Counted from the whole stretch's first letter, positions 14,443-28,973 are shown. The stretch: 63,152 bases of DNA, filler included, from Octopus bimaculoides (GCF_001194135.2; 6 parts of 6 records of this genome joined end to end with filler, not necessarily neighbours in it); one strand, 5' to 3'. The notes: generated from the sequence alone by a model not told the origin. Made by a program: numbers and translations.

Positions 14443-15219
14443 GGCGCAGGAGAGGCTACGTGGTAAGTAGCTTGCTTACCAACCACATGGTTCTAGGTTC
14501 AATTCCACTGCGTGGCACCTTGGGCAAGTGTCTTATACTATAGCCTCGGGCCGACCAAAGCCTTGTGAGTGGATTTGGCAGACGGAAACTGAAAGAAGTC
14601 CGTCGTATATATGTATANNNNNNNNNNNNNNNNNNNNNNNNNNNNNNNNNNNNNNNNNNNNNNNNNNNNNNNNNNNNNNNNNNNNNNNNNNNNNNNNNNN
14701 NNNNNNNNNNNNNNNNNNNNNNNNNNNNNNNNNNNNNNNNNNNNNNNNNNNNNNNNNNNNNNNNNNNNNNNNNNNNNNNNNNNNNNNNNNNNNNNNNNNN
14801 NNNNNNNNNNNNNNNNNNNNNNNNNNNNNNNNNNNNNNNNNNNNNNNNNNNNNNNNNNNNNNNNNNNNNNNNNNNNNNNNNNNNNNNNNNNNNNNNNNNN
14901 NNNNNNNNNNNNNNNNNNNNNNNNNNNNNNNNNNNNNNNNNNNNNNNNNNNNNNNNNNNNNNNNNNNNNNNNNNNGTGTGTGTGTGTATGTGTGTGTATA
15001 TGTTTGTACCTGTGTTTGTCCCCCAACATCGCTTGACAACCGATGCTGGTGTGTTTACGTTCCCGTAACTTAGCGGTTCGGCAAAAAGAAACCGATAGAA
15101 TAAGTACTAGGCTTCCAAAGAATAAGTCCTGGGGTCGATTTTCTCGACTAAAAAAGGCGGTGCTCCAGCATGGCCGCAGTCAAATGACTGAAACAAGTAA
15201 AAGAGTAAAGAATAAAGAG
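14443..15219 (+). mobile_element. CORE-type tRNA-derived SINE with an internal microsatellite (partly gap)
   Basis: tRNA-like head, CORE-like CACCTTGGGCAAGTG, internal (TA/TG)n, and tail GGTGCTCCAGCATGGCCGCAGT...GAAACAAGTAAAAGAG. Confidence 0.85.
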
Positions 15220-15748
15220 TATACGTATACACATACACACACACACACATATATATACAGACACACTCACACACACACACACGCACACACATATATAGAC
15301 ACATTCACACACAAACACACACGCATATACAAACACACTCACTCACACACATACTCGTATATCTTAATATTTGTTTTCATCATGTCAACTTGTATATAAA
15401 TAGAATCTAATATCAGCCAGAAGAATTACTCAATACATTTTAGTAGAGTATATGTGTATTGAACTATTACTTGCAAACGTAATGTATATGTACTAGCATA
15501 CCCGTCTCATAAAAAATGCCGACGGCATTATTAATGATAGAAAATGGCACATCAACACAAATAAATATCAGCGACCTAGTAAACATATGTATATACACAG
15601 AATTGAAGCACTTGAAGAATCAGATACGATTGTAACGTCTCGGTTGAAAATATCACCCACATAATGCATGTGTGTTTGAGTATATATACACACACACATA
15701 AACACGCATATGTACATATAAACACACACACATACATATAAAAACACA

Positions 15749-15792
<44 letters not shown>

Positions 15793-17399
15793 NNNNNNNN
15801 NNNNNNNNNNNNNNNNNNNNNNNNNNNNNNNNNNNNNNNNNNNNNNNNNNNNNNNNNNNNNNNNNNNNNNNNNNNNNNNNNNNNNNNNNNNNNNNNNNNN
15901 NNNNNNNNNNNNNNNNNNNNNNNNNNNNNNNNNNNNNNNNNNNNNNNNNNNNNNNNNNNNNNNNNNNNNNNNNNNNNNNNNNNNNNNNNNNNNNNNNNNN
16001 NNNNNNNNNNNNNNNNNNNNNNNNNNNNNNNNNNNNNNNNNNNNNNNNNNNNNNNNNNNNNNNNNNNNNNNNNNNNNNNNNNNNNNNNNNNNNNNNNNNN
16101 NNNNNNNNNNNNNNNNNNNNNNNNNNNNNNNNNNNNNNNNNNNNNNNNNNNNNNNNNNNNNNNNNNNNNNNNNNNNNNNNNNNNNNNNNNNNNNNNNNNN
16201 NNNNNNNNNNNNNNNNNNNNNNNNNNNNNNNNNNNNNNNNNNNNNNNNNNNNNNNNNNNNNNNNNNNNNNNNNNNNNNNNNNNNNNNNNNNNNNNNNNNN
16301 NNNNNNNNNNNNNNNNNNNNNNNNNNNNNNNNNNNNNNNNNNNNNNNNNNNNNNNNNNNGACAATGTCGATGATGATGACGAGGAGGACGAGGAGGATGA
16401 GGAGGTTGCGGTGGTGGTGGTGGGGTGCAAGCGATGATGATTTCGTTGACGACGACGACGATAACAAACAACGTTGACGATGATGATGATCATCATGATA
16501 AATAGGAGGAGGAGGAGGAGGAGGAGGTAGGAATGGAAAACTAGAAGATGAGGTGTGAAATGATAAGAATATACGAGTCTAAGGTGTGTATTGTCCCACA
16601 CCCACCCGCCACACCCCGATGTCTGTCAGCTGATTCCTAAATACGGGTAGAGTTTAGTGATTTAACCTTCAATTGGGGGTGGGTGAAGGAACAGAGAAGC
16701 ACATTTGGGGGGAGGGCGTCAATGGATGTATTTGTATCAGTTTGCCATAAAGATATATATGTGTGTATAAGTGTGTATGTGTGTGTGTGTATGTATGTGT
16801 ATGTGTACACGCGCGTCTGTGTTTCCGTGTATGCAAGTGTTTGCAAGCTACGGTCATTTGTTAAGCGAGAAAGAAAGCCTGCTCTAAACAAACGGGTAGG
16901 TGTGATATTACAGCGGTGATGATGATGATGATGATGACGATGATGATGATGATGACGATGATGACGATGACGATGATGACGACGATGATGATGCTGATGA
17001 TGTAAACAATGACGATGCGGAGGAGGATGTTGATCATAGTCATGATCAAGTTCATGATGATGACGACGCCAACAGCGATGACCATAATGATGATGATGAG
17101 GAGGAGGAGGACGATGACAACGCCGATGACGGCAACGAGGACAATGATGATACTGGTGATGATGATGACGATGATGACAATGATGATGCTGGTGATAATG
17201 ATTACTATGGTGGCGGTAGTGGTGATGATGATGATAATGATATCGGTGATGATGATAATGATGGTGGTGATTATGGTGGTGGGGAGTTGTATTTGTGTGG
17301 TGTGGCGGTGATGACGTGTAAAGCCTAACAAGACCTCCTTCGACAATATAGTCACTCAAATCTCTCTATCAATACCTAAAGTTCCAAGATAATTCTCTG

Positions 17400-17830
17400 C
17401 CCCCCAAATTTTAATGTGTCTTCAGAAAAACACTAAACTGTCCAAAAAAATACGCATCGCCAGTCTGACGAACTTCAATAAAGAAACAAAAAAACAGCAG
17501 TTGGTACTGAAACGGCATATATTGGGCAAACGAGAACATCTTCCAGACCGGGTGCACACAGCACATACTCTTTCAAATCCAAACTGAGATTCAGATCAAC
17601 ATAATTGTCTTAATACATTTGGAAACTCAAAAGTAGAAGCGTTAACAATGTTTTAATAACATGGAGTATAAACAAAACGGCTTTATTATGCGTAAATGAA
17701 GCATATAAATGTAACCTTTGTATTGCAGAAAAATACCAAATGGTTGATAATATCTTAAATAGAAGACATGAAACATCACTACATATACAGATAATATTTT
17801 TAGCAGAGGTATTTAAAATTTGATAAGTAT
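17400..17830 (+). mobile_element. Penelope-like GIY-YIG fragment
   Basis: IIGQTRT and YIWKLKSR....LITWSINK......YKCNLCIAEKYQM. Confidence 0.75.
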
Positions 17831-18051
17831 TGATAATATAATCTAATAATATACTATCTAGGAAACCGACCAAATTCACTCAAAGGGCTTTGGTCGGGCC
17901 GGAGCTATAATAGAAGACTCTTGCCCAAGGTGCCATACAGTGGGACTGAACCTGGAACCATGTGGTTGAAAAACAAACTTCTTTCCACATAGACATACAG
18001 ATATATAGATTTATATACAGATACATACAAACATGCACACATATATTCATA

Positions 18052-18260
18052 CAAGGGTGTAGTTCCTGACTTTAAGGGTATCGCGAAAAGCCTGTTTAGA
18101 GGCCCGACCTTCCCTGCTCTTTTACAGGGCTTAGAAAAACTGAAGGACCGCTGCAATAAGTGTGTGAATCTGAGGGGAGGGGAAACTGTTGGATAAAATC
18201 ATAATTAACCGATCCTCTTTGATTTTCTTTTATCTAAACCCTGGAACTTTTCAGTATACA
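18052..18260 (+). mobile_element. Internally deleted mariner (about 210 bp)
   Basis: GLEKLKDRCNKCVNLRGG..VG* (mariner C-terminus) between imperfect TIRs ..AGTTCCTGACTTTA and TAAACCCTGGAACT.. Confidence 0.7.
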
Positions 18261-19037
18261 TGCATGCATACGTACAGGCACATAAATATATATATATGTA
18301 TAAACATATATATGTGTATGTATATATATATATGTGTGTATATATATATGTGTATATATGTATATGTATGCATATATATATGTATATATATGCATATATA
18401 TATGTATATATATGCATATATATATATGTATATATATGCATATATATATGTATATATATGCATATATATANNNNNNNNNNNNNNNNNNNNNNNNNNNNNN
18501 NNNNNNNNNNNNNNNNNNNNNNNNNNNNNNNNNNNNNNNNNNNNNNNNNNNNNNNNNNNNNNNNNNNNNNNNNNNNNNNNNNNNNNNNNNNNNNNNNNNN
18601 NNNNNNNNNNNNNNNNNNNNNNNNNNNNNNNNNNNNNNNNNNNNNNNNNNNNNNNNNNNNNNNNNNNNNNNNNNNNNNNNNNNNNNNNNNNNNNNNNNNN
18701 NNNNNNNNNNNNNNNNNNNNNNNNNNNNNNNNNNNNNNNNNNNNNNNNNNNNNNNNNNNNNNNNNNNNNNNNNNNNNNNNNNNNNNNNNNNNNNNNNNNN
18801 NNNNNNNNNNNNNNNNNNNNNNNNNNNNNNNNNNNNNNNNNNNNNNNNNNNNNNNNNNNNNNNNNNNNNNNNNNNNNNNNNNNNNNNNNNNNNNNNNNNN
18901 NNNNNNNNNNNNNNNNNNNNNNNNNNNNNNNNNNNNNNNNNNNNNNNNNNNNNNNNNNNNNNNNNNNNNNNNNNNNNNNNNNNNNNNNNNNNNNNNNNNN
19001 NNNNNNNNNNNNNNNNNNNNNNNNNNNNNNNNNNNNN

Positions 19038-19072
<35 letters not shown>

Positions 19073-19547
19073 GGTTATCTAATCTCTCGTGTTAAATACA
19101 GATACGCTGAATCGAATGCGGGCTGCCAAACATTTACTCAGGTTTCGGAAACTATCGTAACATATTACTACAACTACCACATCCTCCACCACCACCATTT
19201 ACTATCATTATCATTATTATTATCATTATTGCTGTTGTTGTTATTATTATTATTATTATTATTGTTATTATTCCGATAATATAAACAAACACCAATGGCT
19301 ACAGCAACAACGAGTAAGACACATCGCATGTGTGAATAGCCATTATTTTGTTAAGCTGTACGAATGGCCGACCAGGAGGTTATGCATCCACGAGACTATT
19401 AACCTGTTTAACGAAAGCCGTCTTAGATGTCGACTTCTAGTCACGGACTTAACTACCAGCATTTGCTGGTCACTGTCCATCAAGTTACGCTCTTCCCTCT
19501 GTTCCCCTCCTCTCGCTCTCATACACACTTACACACACACAAATACA

Positions 19548-19591
<44 letters not shown>

Positions 19592-19600
19592 AATGTAGAT

Positions 19601-19635
<35 letters not shown>

Positions 19636-19976
19636 CACACACACACACACAAACAAACACACACACACACATATATATATATATAGNNNNNNNNNNNNNN
19701 NNNNNNNNNNNNNNNNNNNNNNNNNNNNNNNNNNNNNNNNNNNNNNNNNNNNNNNNNNNNNNNNNNNNNNNNNNNNNNNNNNNNNNNNNNNNNNNNNNNN
19801 NNNNNNNNNNNNNNNNNNNNNNNNNNNNNNNNNNNNNNNNNNNNNNNNNNNNNNNNNNNNNNNNNNNNNNNNNNNNNNNNNNNNNNNNNNNNNNNNNNNN
19901 NNNNNNNNNNNNNNNNNNNNNNNNNNNNNNNNNNNNNNNNNNNNNNNNNNNNNNNNNNNNNNNNNNNNNNNNNNNN

Positions 19977-20044
<68 letters not shown>

Positions 20045-20454
20045 CATGCATACGCAGTACACGCATGCATCCATATTCATAGACGCATGCGTGTACACAC
20101 ATACACGTTTCTCTACACACGTGCTTTAGCAACCAAAGTAGCGATAAAACCATTGATATTCAAGGTGAGATATTTTTAATAAATCGGGTGGCCATTCGGG
20201 TGGCTTTAACTAAAATGATTAACTGTTTATCACGTCTGGAGAGACGTAAATACGCGGTGTGATGATGGTTAATACTTGGGTAGAAACAGGGTGCGTGTCT
20301 GTGACAATAGCGAACAGATGTTAGTTATGTCTGAGAAGGATTACTGATTAATGAGGGGAGGCGGGTGTGTATTCCGGGTGGATACGGGATGGATATATCG
20401 GAAGGGTACAAGTGTAGTATGTTTATACTGACAGTTGTTATAAAAGTGATGTAG

Positions 20455-20650
20455 AGTGGCGAGCCGGCAGAATCGTTAGCACGCTGGACAAAATACTTAG
20501 CGATATTTCGCCCGTCTTCATGTTTTGAGTTCAAATTCCGCTGGGGTCGATCTTGCCTTTTATCCTTCCGGGTGTCGATAAAATAAGTTTCTGTTGGTTA
20601 TTGGGGTTAATGTAATCGACTTACCCACTCTCCCGACATTGGTGTGTTCT
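20455..20650 (+). mobile_element. Meta/MESC-type SINE, near full length
   Basis: Head GGCGAGCCGGCAGAATCGTTAGC, B box and Meta-like core; CpGs largely retained. Confidence 0.8.
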
Positions 20651-20835
20651 TGTGTGAAAAATTGATAGATAGACAGATTCTATTTACATATGTAAGCATA
20701 GCTGTGTGGTTAAAAACTCGCTTTACAGCCGCATGGTTCCCGATTCAGTCCAAACTTGGACAAGTTCCTTTTACTGTTGTCTTGAATCAATCAACGCCTG
20801 CAGGTAAACTTGGTATACGTGTGTGTGTATGTGTA

Positions 20836-20879
<44 letters not shown>

Positions 20880-21070
20880 CGTGCACTCAGNNNNNNNNNN
20901 TGTGTGTGTGTGTGTGTGTGAGAGAGAGCGTGCACTCAGTGATATACAAAAATAGATACGGAAAATGACAACCAACGTTACCAATTGTGCATAAGTTCGG
21001 GCATACATACAGACCTAGAGACAGACGAATGCACTCAGGACATATAATAGATAGACACAGAAACACGTAT

Positions 21071-21110
<40 letters not shown>

Positions 21111-22934
21111 NNNNNNNNNNNNNNNNNNNNNNNNNNNNNNNNNNNNNNNNNNNNNNNNNNNNNNNNNNNNNNNNNNNNNNNNNNNNNNNNNNNNNNNNNN
21201 NNNNNNNNNNATATATATGTATATGTATATATGCGTGTGTGCTTGTATATACTAAAACGTAACACATGTACTTACACACACATACACAGACGTACACATA
21301 CACACATGGGTAAATAATACCGAACTTGCATATGTATGTAGGTTTTATGTGTATGTATGTGGTTAGGGTCTTCGGCTAACGATCATGAAGTCGTTAGTTC
21401 GATTTCCGACTCCAGTCCACCCGACTGGCCATAATAAATAGTACCTGTATTTCAAAGGGTCAGCCTTGTCACATTGTGTTACGTTGAATCTCCTTGAGGA
21501 CTACGTTAAGAGTAAATGTGTCTGTGGAGTACTCAGCTACTTACACGTTAACTTCGCGATCAATTGGAACCCTCGTCGTCGTACCTGACGGAGTACCAGT
21601 TTATGTATGTACGTATGTAGATACACGTATTTTCTGTTTTACTTACTTCACTCACAAAAGGCATTGTTTGCCCCGGGGCTATAATAAAAGAAACTTGCTC
21701 AAGATGTCGCGTGCGTAGTGAACCCAGAACCACGAAGCTGCAAAGCGACCCCCTTAACCACACAGCCATGCCTGTGCATTAAATGTGGGAATTACTTTAA
21801 AAAAGGTAATTAGATCGGAGTTTCCTTCGTCAGAAATAACAAATAAAACACGACATATTCCTTTAAACACGATATTAATTTGGATACTTTACGATTTAAC
21901 TAGCAACATCACCACCACCGCCAACAACCATTACCAGCACCACCACCGCCATTAATTTTATTTTCGATTTCTTTTTTTACTTTTTGAATATTTTTTACTT
22001 AATTTTATTGTAAGGTAATAAATATATTTTCTTTTGAAAATTAGTATTAATTTCATCATTTTGTATAAGCATCAAGAAATTCGCTAAAATACTATAATTA
22101 CTACATACGTGCCATACTTTGTCATATTACCCATGGTGGCAAAAATATACGTCCAAAGTTACCCATGATATGACGGATAACACTCTAGTTTCTATCTAAT
22201 AATTACCTATATATTTTTTAAATTATTACCTCTAATTATCTATGTAAATAATATGGTGTATATATTGCTCCTAATAATTATGTATTATTCATAATTACCA
22301 GTGATGTTTTTAATGATCACCTCTAATTATCTCCGTAAATAATCTGGCAATATTAAATAAAATAAAACGATATATATTACGTTTAATAATTATGAACAAC
22401 TTAGAGTTTTCATTACGAAAATGTTTAGCTATCTAGTTCACAAGAACTATCAAAGAGTCAAACGATCTTTATTAGTTCTTGAAGAGATTCCCAAGAGCCA
22501 ACTCAGTGCCATACCATATCAAATTCTTTGCTCTAAATGTCATTAAATCTTGCGGTTAGATTAGCTAAATCCTGAAAGAAACTCTTGAAGTTAGTCATTC
22601 AAGAACTCAATAAGAACGCCAGAATCATTATTTATTATTATTATCATTATTATAATTGTTGTTGTCGTTGTTTCGTTTTGAAACAAAGTAGAAACTACGT
22701 ACTTTTAGGAGGTCAAATGTAGACGTTGTGGTGTCCATGCTTTTCTTCAGAACATACACGGTCTATGTAAAGCGCAAAGGCTTCAGGTTGGATATGATGT
22801 GTCAATTTATTTCCGGTTCGATTGCGGGTCAACAAAAAACCTAAAACAAAATGGCTTCTTTGTCGTCTTTGTTTCACTTATTTTCTTTCACGCGTTGCGA
22901 ATGTTGACGCTGCATAACTCCTGATTGGGAGACT

Positions 22935-22973
<39 letters not shown>

Positions 22974-23549
22974 GGCTGGGAAGAGTCATTCTCATTTAGT
23001 GCCTTATTATTTAACACACGCGCTCTAAGAATAGCTCTTTCCGCGAAGTGGATTAACCTGCTAAAGTAGCAAACCAAAGTAGCAAACAAAAACCAAGACA
23101 TGAAAAATTAAACAGTGAAAACAACATTAAGGGCCGTTAAGCCGAACGCGATGAGATACTGAACGCTGTGATGTGACGAACCTGAGCGGAGAGACAGTAA
23201 CACGACAGGCTTTTTTCAGTTTCCGTCTACCAAATCCACTCACAAGGCTTTGGTCGACCCGAAGCTATAGCAGAAGACACTTGCCCAAGGTGCCACGTAG
23301 TGTGATTGAACCCAGAACCATGTGGCTGGGAAGCAAGCTTCTTACCACACAACCACTCATATATGTATATATAATGTGTGTGTATTTACAAAGAAAAGTT
23401 GAAAGTGACTTCGAAATTTTGCGTAGGTCGGCTTGATCACATCATCTGATGAAGGCTGTAACTTCAAAGTTACAACCAATCTTTTCCGTGTAAAAATGAA
23501 AGTTGGTACTCTACCTAAATGGATTGAGTTCGGGATTGTCACAATGAGG

Positions 23550-23995
23550 AGGGGTGGTCGTTGTAGAGTAGGATGGTCGTGATAGGGAGGGTTGGTCCCA
23601 TCAGAAGGATGGGATCACCGCAGAACGGCATGTTCATTGTAGGACAGCAGAAGAGGATTGTCGCAACAGGACGGGATGGTCACAACGGGATAGGATGATC
23701 GCAGTAAGACAAAGTGGTCATAGTTGGTAGCGATGGTCACAGTCGGACGAGTTGATTACAAGACAGGATGGTCCTACAGAACAAGTTCCTGTTGCGATTA
23801 ACAGTATGATTATAGTCGGTGTGGGTGGTCACAAAGGAAGGGACAGCCACAAGAAGTCGGGATCATCGTAGGGGAAGAGGGTTATCATAGTTGCAGGGAG
23901 GGTCATTGTAGGATGGGATGGTCACGGTAGGGTGGGATTGTCACAGCAGAAGCAGATCATCGTAACATGACGGGTTGGTCACAAAAGGCACGGTG
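23550..23995 (+). repeat. Degenerate minisatellite, about 19-nt period
   Basis: More than 20 units resembling GGATGGTCACAGTAGGACG, e.g. ggatggtcacaacgggata, ggatgatcgcagtaagaca, cgatggtcacagtcggacg. Confidence 0.75.
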
Positions 23996-26900
23996 TCCGT
24001 TGGCCACACATAAACATAAATAACAGCAGGAGGTGGCAGAAGGATTCTGAAGGAAATGGAGACGAAAATCGTTGAAAAGTTGAAGGGTGGGATGGCAGGG
24101 GTGGAGGGTGTGTGTGTGTGTGTGTGNNNNNNNNNNNNNNNNNNNNNNNNNNNNNNNNNNNNNNNNNNNNNNNNNNNNNNNNNNNNNNNNNNNNNNNNNN
24201 NNNNNNNNNNNNNNNNNNNNNNNNNNNNNNNNNNNNNNNNNNNNNNNNNNNNNNNNNNNNNNNNNNNNNNNNNNNNNNNNNNNNNNNNNNNNNNNNNNNN
24301 NNNNNNNNNNNNNNNNNNNNNNNNNNNNNNNNNNNNNNNNNNNNNNNNNNNNNNNNNNNNNNNNNNNNNNNNNNNNNNNNNNNNNNNNNNNNNNNNNNNN
24401 NNNNNNNNNNNNNNNNNNNNNNNNNNNNNNNNNNNNNNNNNNNNNNNNNNNNNNNNNNNNNNNNNNNNNNNNNNNNNNNNNNNNNNNNNNNNNNNNNNNN
24501 NNNNNNNNNNNNNNNNNNNNNNNNNNNNNNNNNNNNNNNNNNNNNNNNNNNNNNNNNNNNNNNNNNNNNNNNNNNNNNNNNNNNNNNNNNNNNNNNNNNN
24601 NNNNNNNNNNNNNNNNNNNNNNNNNNNNNNNNNNNNNNNNNNNNNNNNNNNNNNNNNNNNNNNNNNNNNNNNNNNNNNNNNNNNNNNNNNNNNNNNNNNN
24701 NNNNNNNNNNNNNNNNNNNNNNNNNNNNNGTGTTGGTGGTAATGGTAGTGGTTTTAGAGATGGTGGTGGTGGTGGTGGTGGTGGGTGGGTTAGGTTTGAG
24801 GTGATTGATGGTGGAGGATGCGAGTGTTGGTGGTGTGCTGGTTACAGTGGTGATGTGGATAGTGTTGGTGGTAGTGGTGATGATGTTGGTTAACAATCGC
24901 GACTGTATTGGCAGTAGTTGGAAGTGGTCTAAGCAGTAACGTTGTTAGTGTTTGTACAAGTGTTGATATTAGTGGTAGCCATATGTTCTTGTTGTGTAGC
25001 CCCAAGTCAGCATTGGTCCAGAAGACCTATCATTTTATTGATTCCATTCATTGCACTGCGGCCATGCTGAGGCACAGATAAATGATCAGAGCGGTCTATA
25101 TTGTTACAGACGTACGGTAGCTCCACCTAGTAGAAGACTACTGTTCATTTCGTCTAGACTGTTCATTGGCAGCCCAGTCAAGATGGTATTTTCTTCTTCC
25201 CCTACTCTTGTTTTTGCACACATCTACAAAATGACTTTCTAAACTGAAACTCCATTATGCAGTTGAGGAGTACATTTTCATTGCACATCTTACGTGGTGT
25301 TCTCACTACATGAATAAATGAAGTTTGTACAAAACGTACGTACTGCTATAACCTATTGAATATTTGTTGCTATTCTTGAAATTATATCTATATATATATA
25401 TATATATATTCTTTTTTTCTCATATTCTTTTACTTGTTTCAGCCATTTGACTTCAGCCATGCTGGAGCGCCGGCTTTAGTCAACCCCATGACTTACACTA
25501 TCGTTGTCTTTTGCCGAACCGCTAAGTTACGGGGACTTGAACACACAAGCNNNNNNNNNNNNNNNNNNNNNNNNNNNNNNNNNNNNNNNNNNNNNNNNNN
25601 NNNNNNNNNNNNNNNNNNNNNNNNNNNNNNNNNNNNNNNNNNNNNNNNNNNNNNNNNNNNNNNNNNNNNNNNNNNNNNNNNNNNNNNNNNNNNNNNNNNN
25701 NNNNNNNNNNNNNNNNNNNNNNNNNNNNNNNNNNNNNNNNNNNNNNNNNNNNNNNNNNNNNNNNNNNNNNNNNNNNNNNNNNNNNNNNNNNNNNNNNNNN
25801 NNNNNNNNNNNNNNNNNNNNNNNNNNNNNNNNNNNNNNNNNNNNNNNNNNNNNNNNNNNNNNNNNNNNNNNNNNNNNNNNNNNNNNNNNNNNNNNNNNNN
25901 NNNNNNNNNNNNNNNNNNNNNNNNNNNNNNNNNNNNNNNNNNNNNNNNNNNNNNNNNNNNNNNNNNNNNNNNNNNNNNNNNNNNNNNNNNNNNNNNNNNN
26001 NNNNNNNNNNNNNNNNNNNNNNNNNNNNNNNNNNNNNNNNNNNNNNNNNNNNNNNNNNNNNNNNNNNNNNNNNNNNNNNNNNNNNNNNNNNNNNNNNNNN
26101 NNNNNNNNNNNNNNNNNNNNNNNNNNNNNNNNNNNNNNNNNNNNNNNNNNNNNNNNNNNNNNNNNNNNNNNNNNNNNNNNNNNNNNNNNNNNNNNNNNNN
26201 NNNNNNNNNNNNNNNNNNNNNNNNNNNNNNNNNNNNNNNNNNNNNNNNNNNNNNNNNNNNNNNNNNNNNNNNNNNNNNNNNNTCTCTCTCTCTCTCTCTG
26301 TCTGTAAGAAGGGGAAAGGAAGTGGAAGGAAGTGGAAGGAAGTGTCGTCTGCTAATAAACTAAGGTGAAAGCTATCGTCTGCTAAATGGAAGAAGCAGTT
26401 TACAAACTCATCAATTTGTATCGTTATAACGGAATGGTTGTCGACTAATGGGACAACATATGTACTTGTATCTGTACTTACTTACATTACCCATACACAC
26501 ATGCACACACACACACACACACACATGTGTGTGTGTGTACGTGTATAGGTAGACAGATATACACACACAAGCATAAACACCCACACGTGTATATATATAT
26601 ACGTACATGTGTGTGTGTGTGCGTGCGTGTGTGTATCATGTATATAAATATTTGTGTGCCAGTGTCTAGGTCTGCGTTAACGTATGATATATTTGTGTGT
26701 AAACATGGTTGTGTGGATAAAATGTTCGTTTCGCAACGAGGCAGTCTCGAGTTCAATCTCACTCTACGGCAATCTGGGCAAGTGTCTGTTGCTATGATCC
26801 CAATCGACAAAATGAATATGGTAAACGAAAAGTGCCTGAGAGTCCGACATGAATGTGTGTGTCTTTGTATTTGTCTCTCGCGCTTGACAAACAGTGTTTG

Positions 26901-27049
26901 CGCGCTAGTAACATAGTGCTTTCGCAAAAAAGGTTCGCTGCAGTAAGAAGCAGATTAAAAATAGATATTGGGGCCGATTTCATTGATTAAGATATTCGAG
27001 ACAGTGATCTAGACATGACTGCATTTTAAAAACTAAACATTTTACATTT

Positions 27050-27300
27050 AGGGAAAAAATTATGGCGAAAGAATTAATTTGTTGCAGCCGTGATTTCATA
27101 TATCGGATTAACACCCAACATGCTCAAAAGAGGAGTTCATCAACAACCACGTACGTTCAGTAACTAAAACAGAAAATCTGGCACATCACAATTCCGCCAG
27201 TTTTGGAATTCAAAATCAGCCAGCCAATCCTTTAATATAAAGTGGAAAATTCTATCTTGCATTAAGAATAAAAAGTATTTTCAGCTTTGCATCTTAGAAT
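27050..27300 (+). mobile_element. Decayed Penelope-like GIY-YIG fragment
   Basis: FWNSKSASQSFNIKWKILS. Confidence 0.5.
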
Positions 27301-27698
27301 CCTTAGAAATTATATTCGCAAATTCTAACTATGTCGAACCAGTTTCACAGTAGTACCGACGAAGATTCTTTGAAGGTCATCTGGTAGCGACGAATTCTAG
27401 AAAACCCCGAAGTCTTCAAGAACAGCCCGTTCTTTTCTATTAATGCAATGTTACTAACTTAATATACAAAAGAGTCTACAGATTCGAAAGAGTTTTCTAA
27501 GATTGTGGCTTATTCAGCTTCTCTACTCGTAACAGATGTATTTAGCCTTGGGAATTTTGACCAATACAAACAAATATCTCCTGCCACTTTATGAAAGTCA
27601 TGTAGAACTGTAGTAGCTTCTGATATTTTACAAAGGGAGTCACGTCATCAACATAATCAGCATCTGTCATTATTGTGGATGGATGCCATGAAAAGGTG

Positions 27699-27739
<41 letters not shown>

Positions 27740-27884
27740 NNNNNNNNNNNNNNNNNNNNNNNNNNNNNNNNNNNNNNNNNNNNTTAATTAATTAANNNNN
27801 NNNNNNNNNNNNNNNNNNNNNNNNNNNNNNNNNNNNNNNATATATATATGTGTGTGTGTGTGTGCGTGTGTGTGTGTGTATAGA

Positions 27885-27918
<34 letters not shown>

Positions 27919-27931
27919 TATATATATAGTA

Positions 27932-28051
27932 CTGGTTTTAAAATCAAGGAGTGGAGTCACTGAAATGTTCTTCGCGTTGGTCATATATTCACTTAAGAAA
28001 TGAATGATACCAGAGTAAAAGTATAATATACATACATATATATATATATAC

Positions 28052-28096
<45 letters not shown>

Positions 28097-28284
28097 CATA
28101 CATACATATATACATACATACATACATACATATATACATACATATATACATACATACATACAAACATACATATATATATATATATATCATATTTACAATT
28201 GTATCATCCATTTCCAGGTGTATTTGCCGTATCTCCAGCACGAAGACCGTTTCAGCGACTCCACTGTTTGATTTTAAATACAAG
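27932..28284. mobile_element. TA-flanked MITE with about 45-bp TIRs around a microsatellite
   Basis: Left CTGGTTTTAAAATCAAGGAGTGGAGTCACTGAAATGTTCTTCG versus right reverse complement CTTGTATTTAAAATCAAACAGTGGAGTCGCTGAAACGGTCTTCG; TA on both sides. Confidence 0.75.
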
Positions 28285-28973
28285 TACTGCTTCTGTATGT
28301 CCCTTTTTCCTGAACTGACAAGTTACGTAAACGAGAAGAAGCCAATGCCGTGTTTCAAATTGAGAAACAAATTGATACACACAGGAGTAAACTCACAGAG
28401 AAGCGCGCGCACGCACACACAAATGCATGCACTTGTATACATGCATTTATGTTTGTGCGTACGTATGTAAGTATATATGCATTTTTTTATGTATGTATAG
28501 ATGTATGCATGTGTGTATGTATGTATGTGTGTATGTTTGTGTGCATGTGCGTATGTGTTTTGGTGTATGTGTGTACACATTTGTGTATGTATGCATATAT
28601 GTATGTTTGTATATGTATGTATGTGTGTGTATGTATGTATGTATGTATGTATGTATATATGTGTCCGTGTGTGTATAAATGTATGTATATGTGTGAGTGT
28701 ATCATAGGCTTTTTGCACACTTTCCCCTTACCAAAATCATTCGCAACGTATTGGTCAGCCCAGCATTATAGTTGGAAGCAATTATACGTAGTGGTATTGA
28801 ACAAGTAAAAGAATAAAAGAATAACATATCGCAATCACATCGTGGGTGACTCATTTTAGCCATTCAAAAGACTCCCACATTGTAAATCATTTTTCTTTCG
28901 CTGTCCCCATACGATCACTACTCAAACAAGAACAAAAATGAAATCTTCCATATCATAGAAAGTCAGTACTAAC

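Noticed and set aside
22700-22840. Second candidate P450 downstream exon
   Set aside because: Ends in a stop and has no P450 motif
23550-23995. CRISPR-like array
   Set aside because: Units are contiguous and degenerate, with no spacers or cas genes, in a eukaryotic context
25110-25222. Exon-like stretch with a good minus-strand acceptor, as candidate P450 exon 8
   Set aside because: In the required phase it reaches a stop and shows no P450 similarity; it also lies across a spacer join
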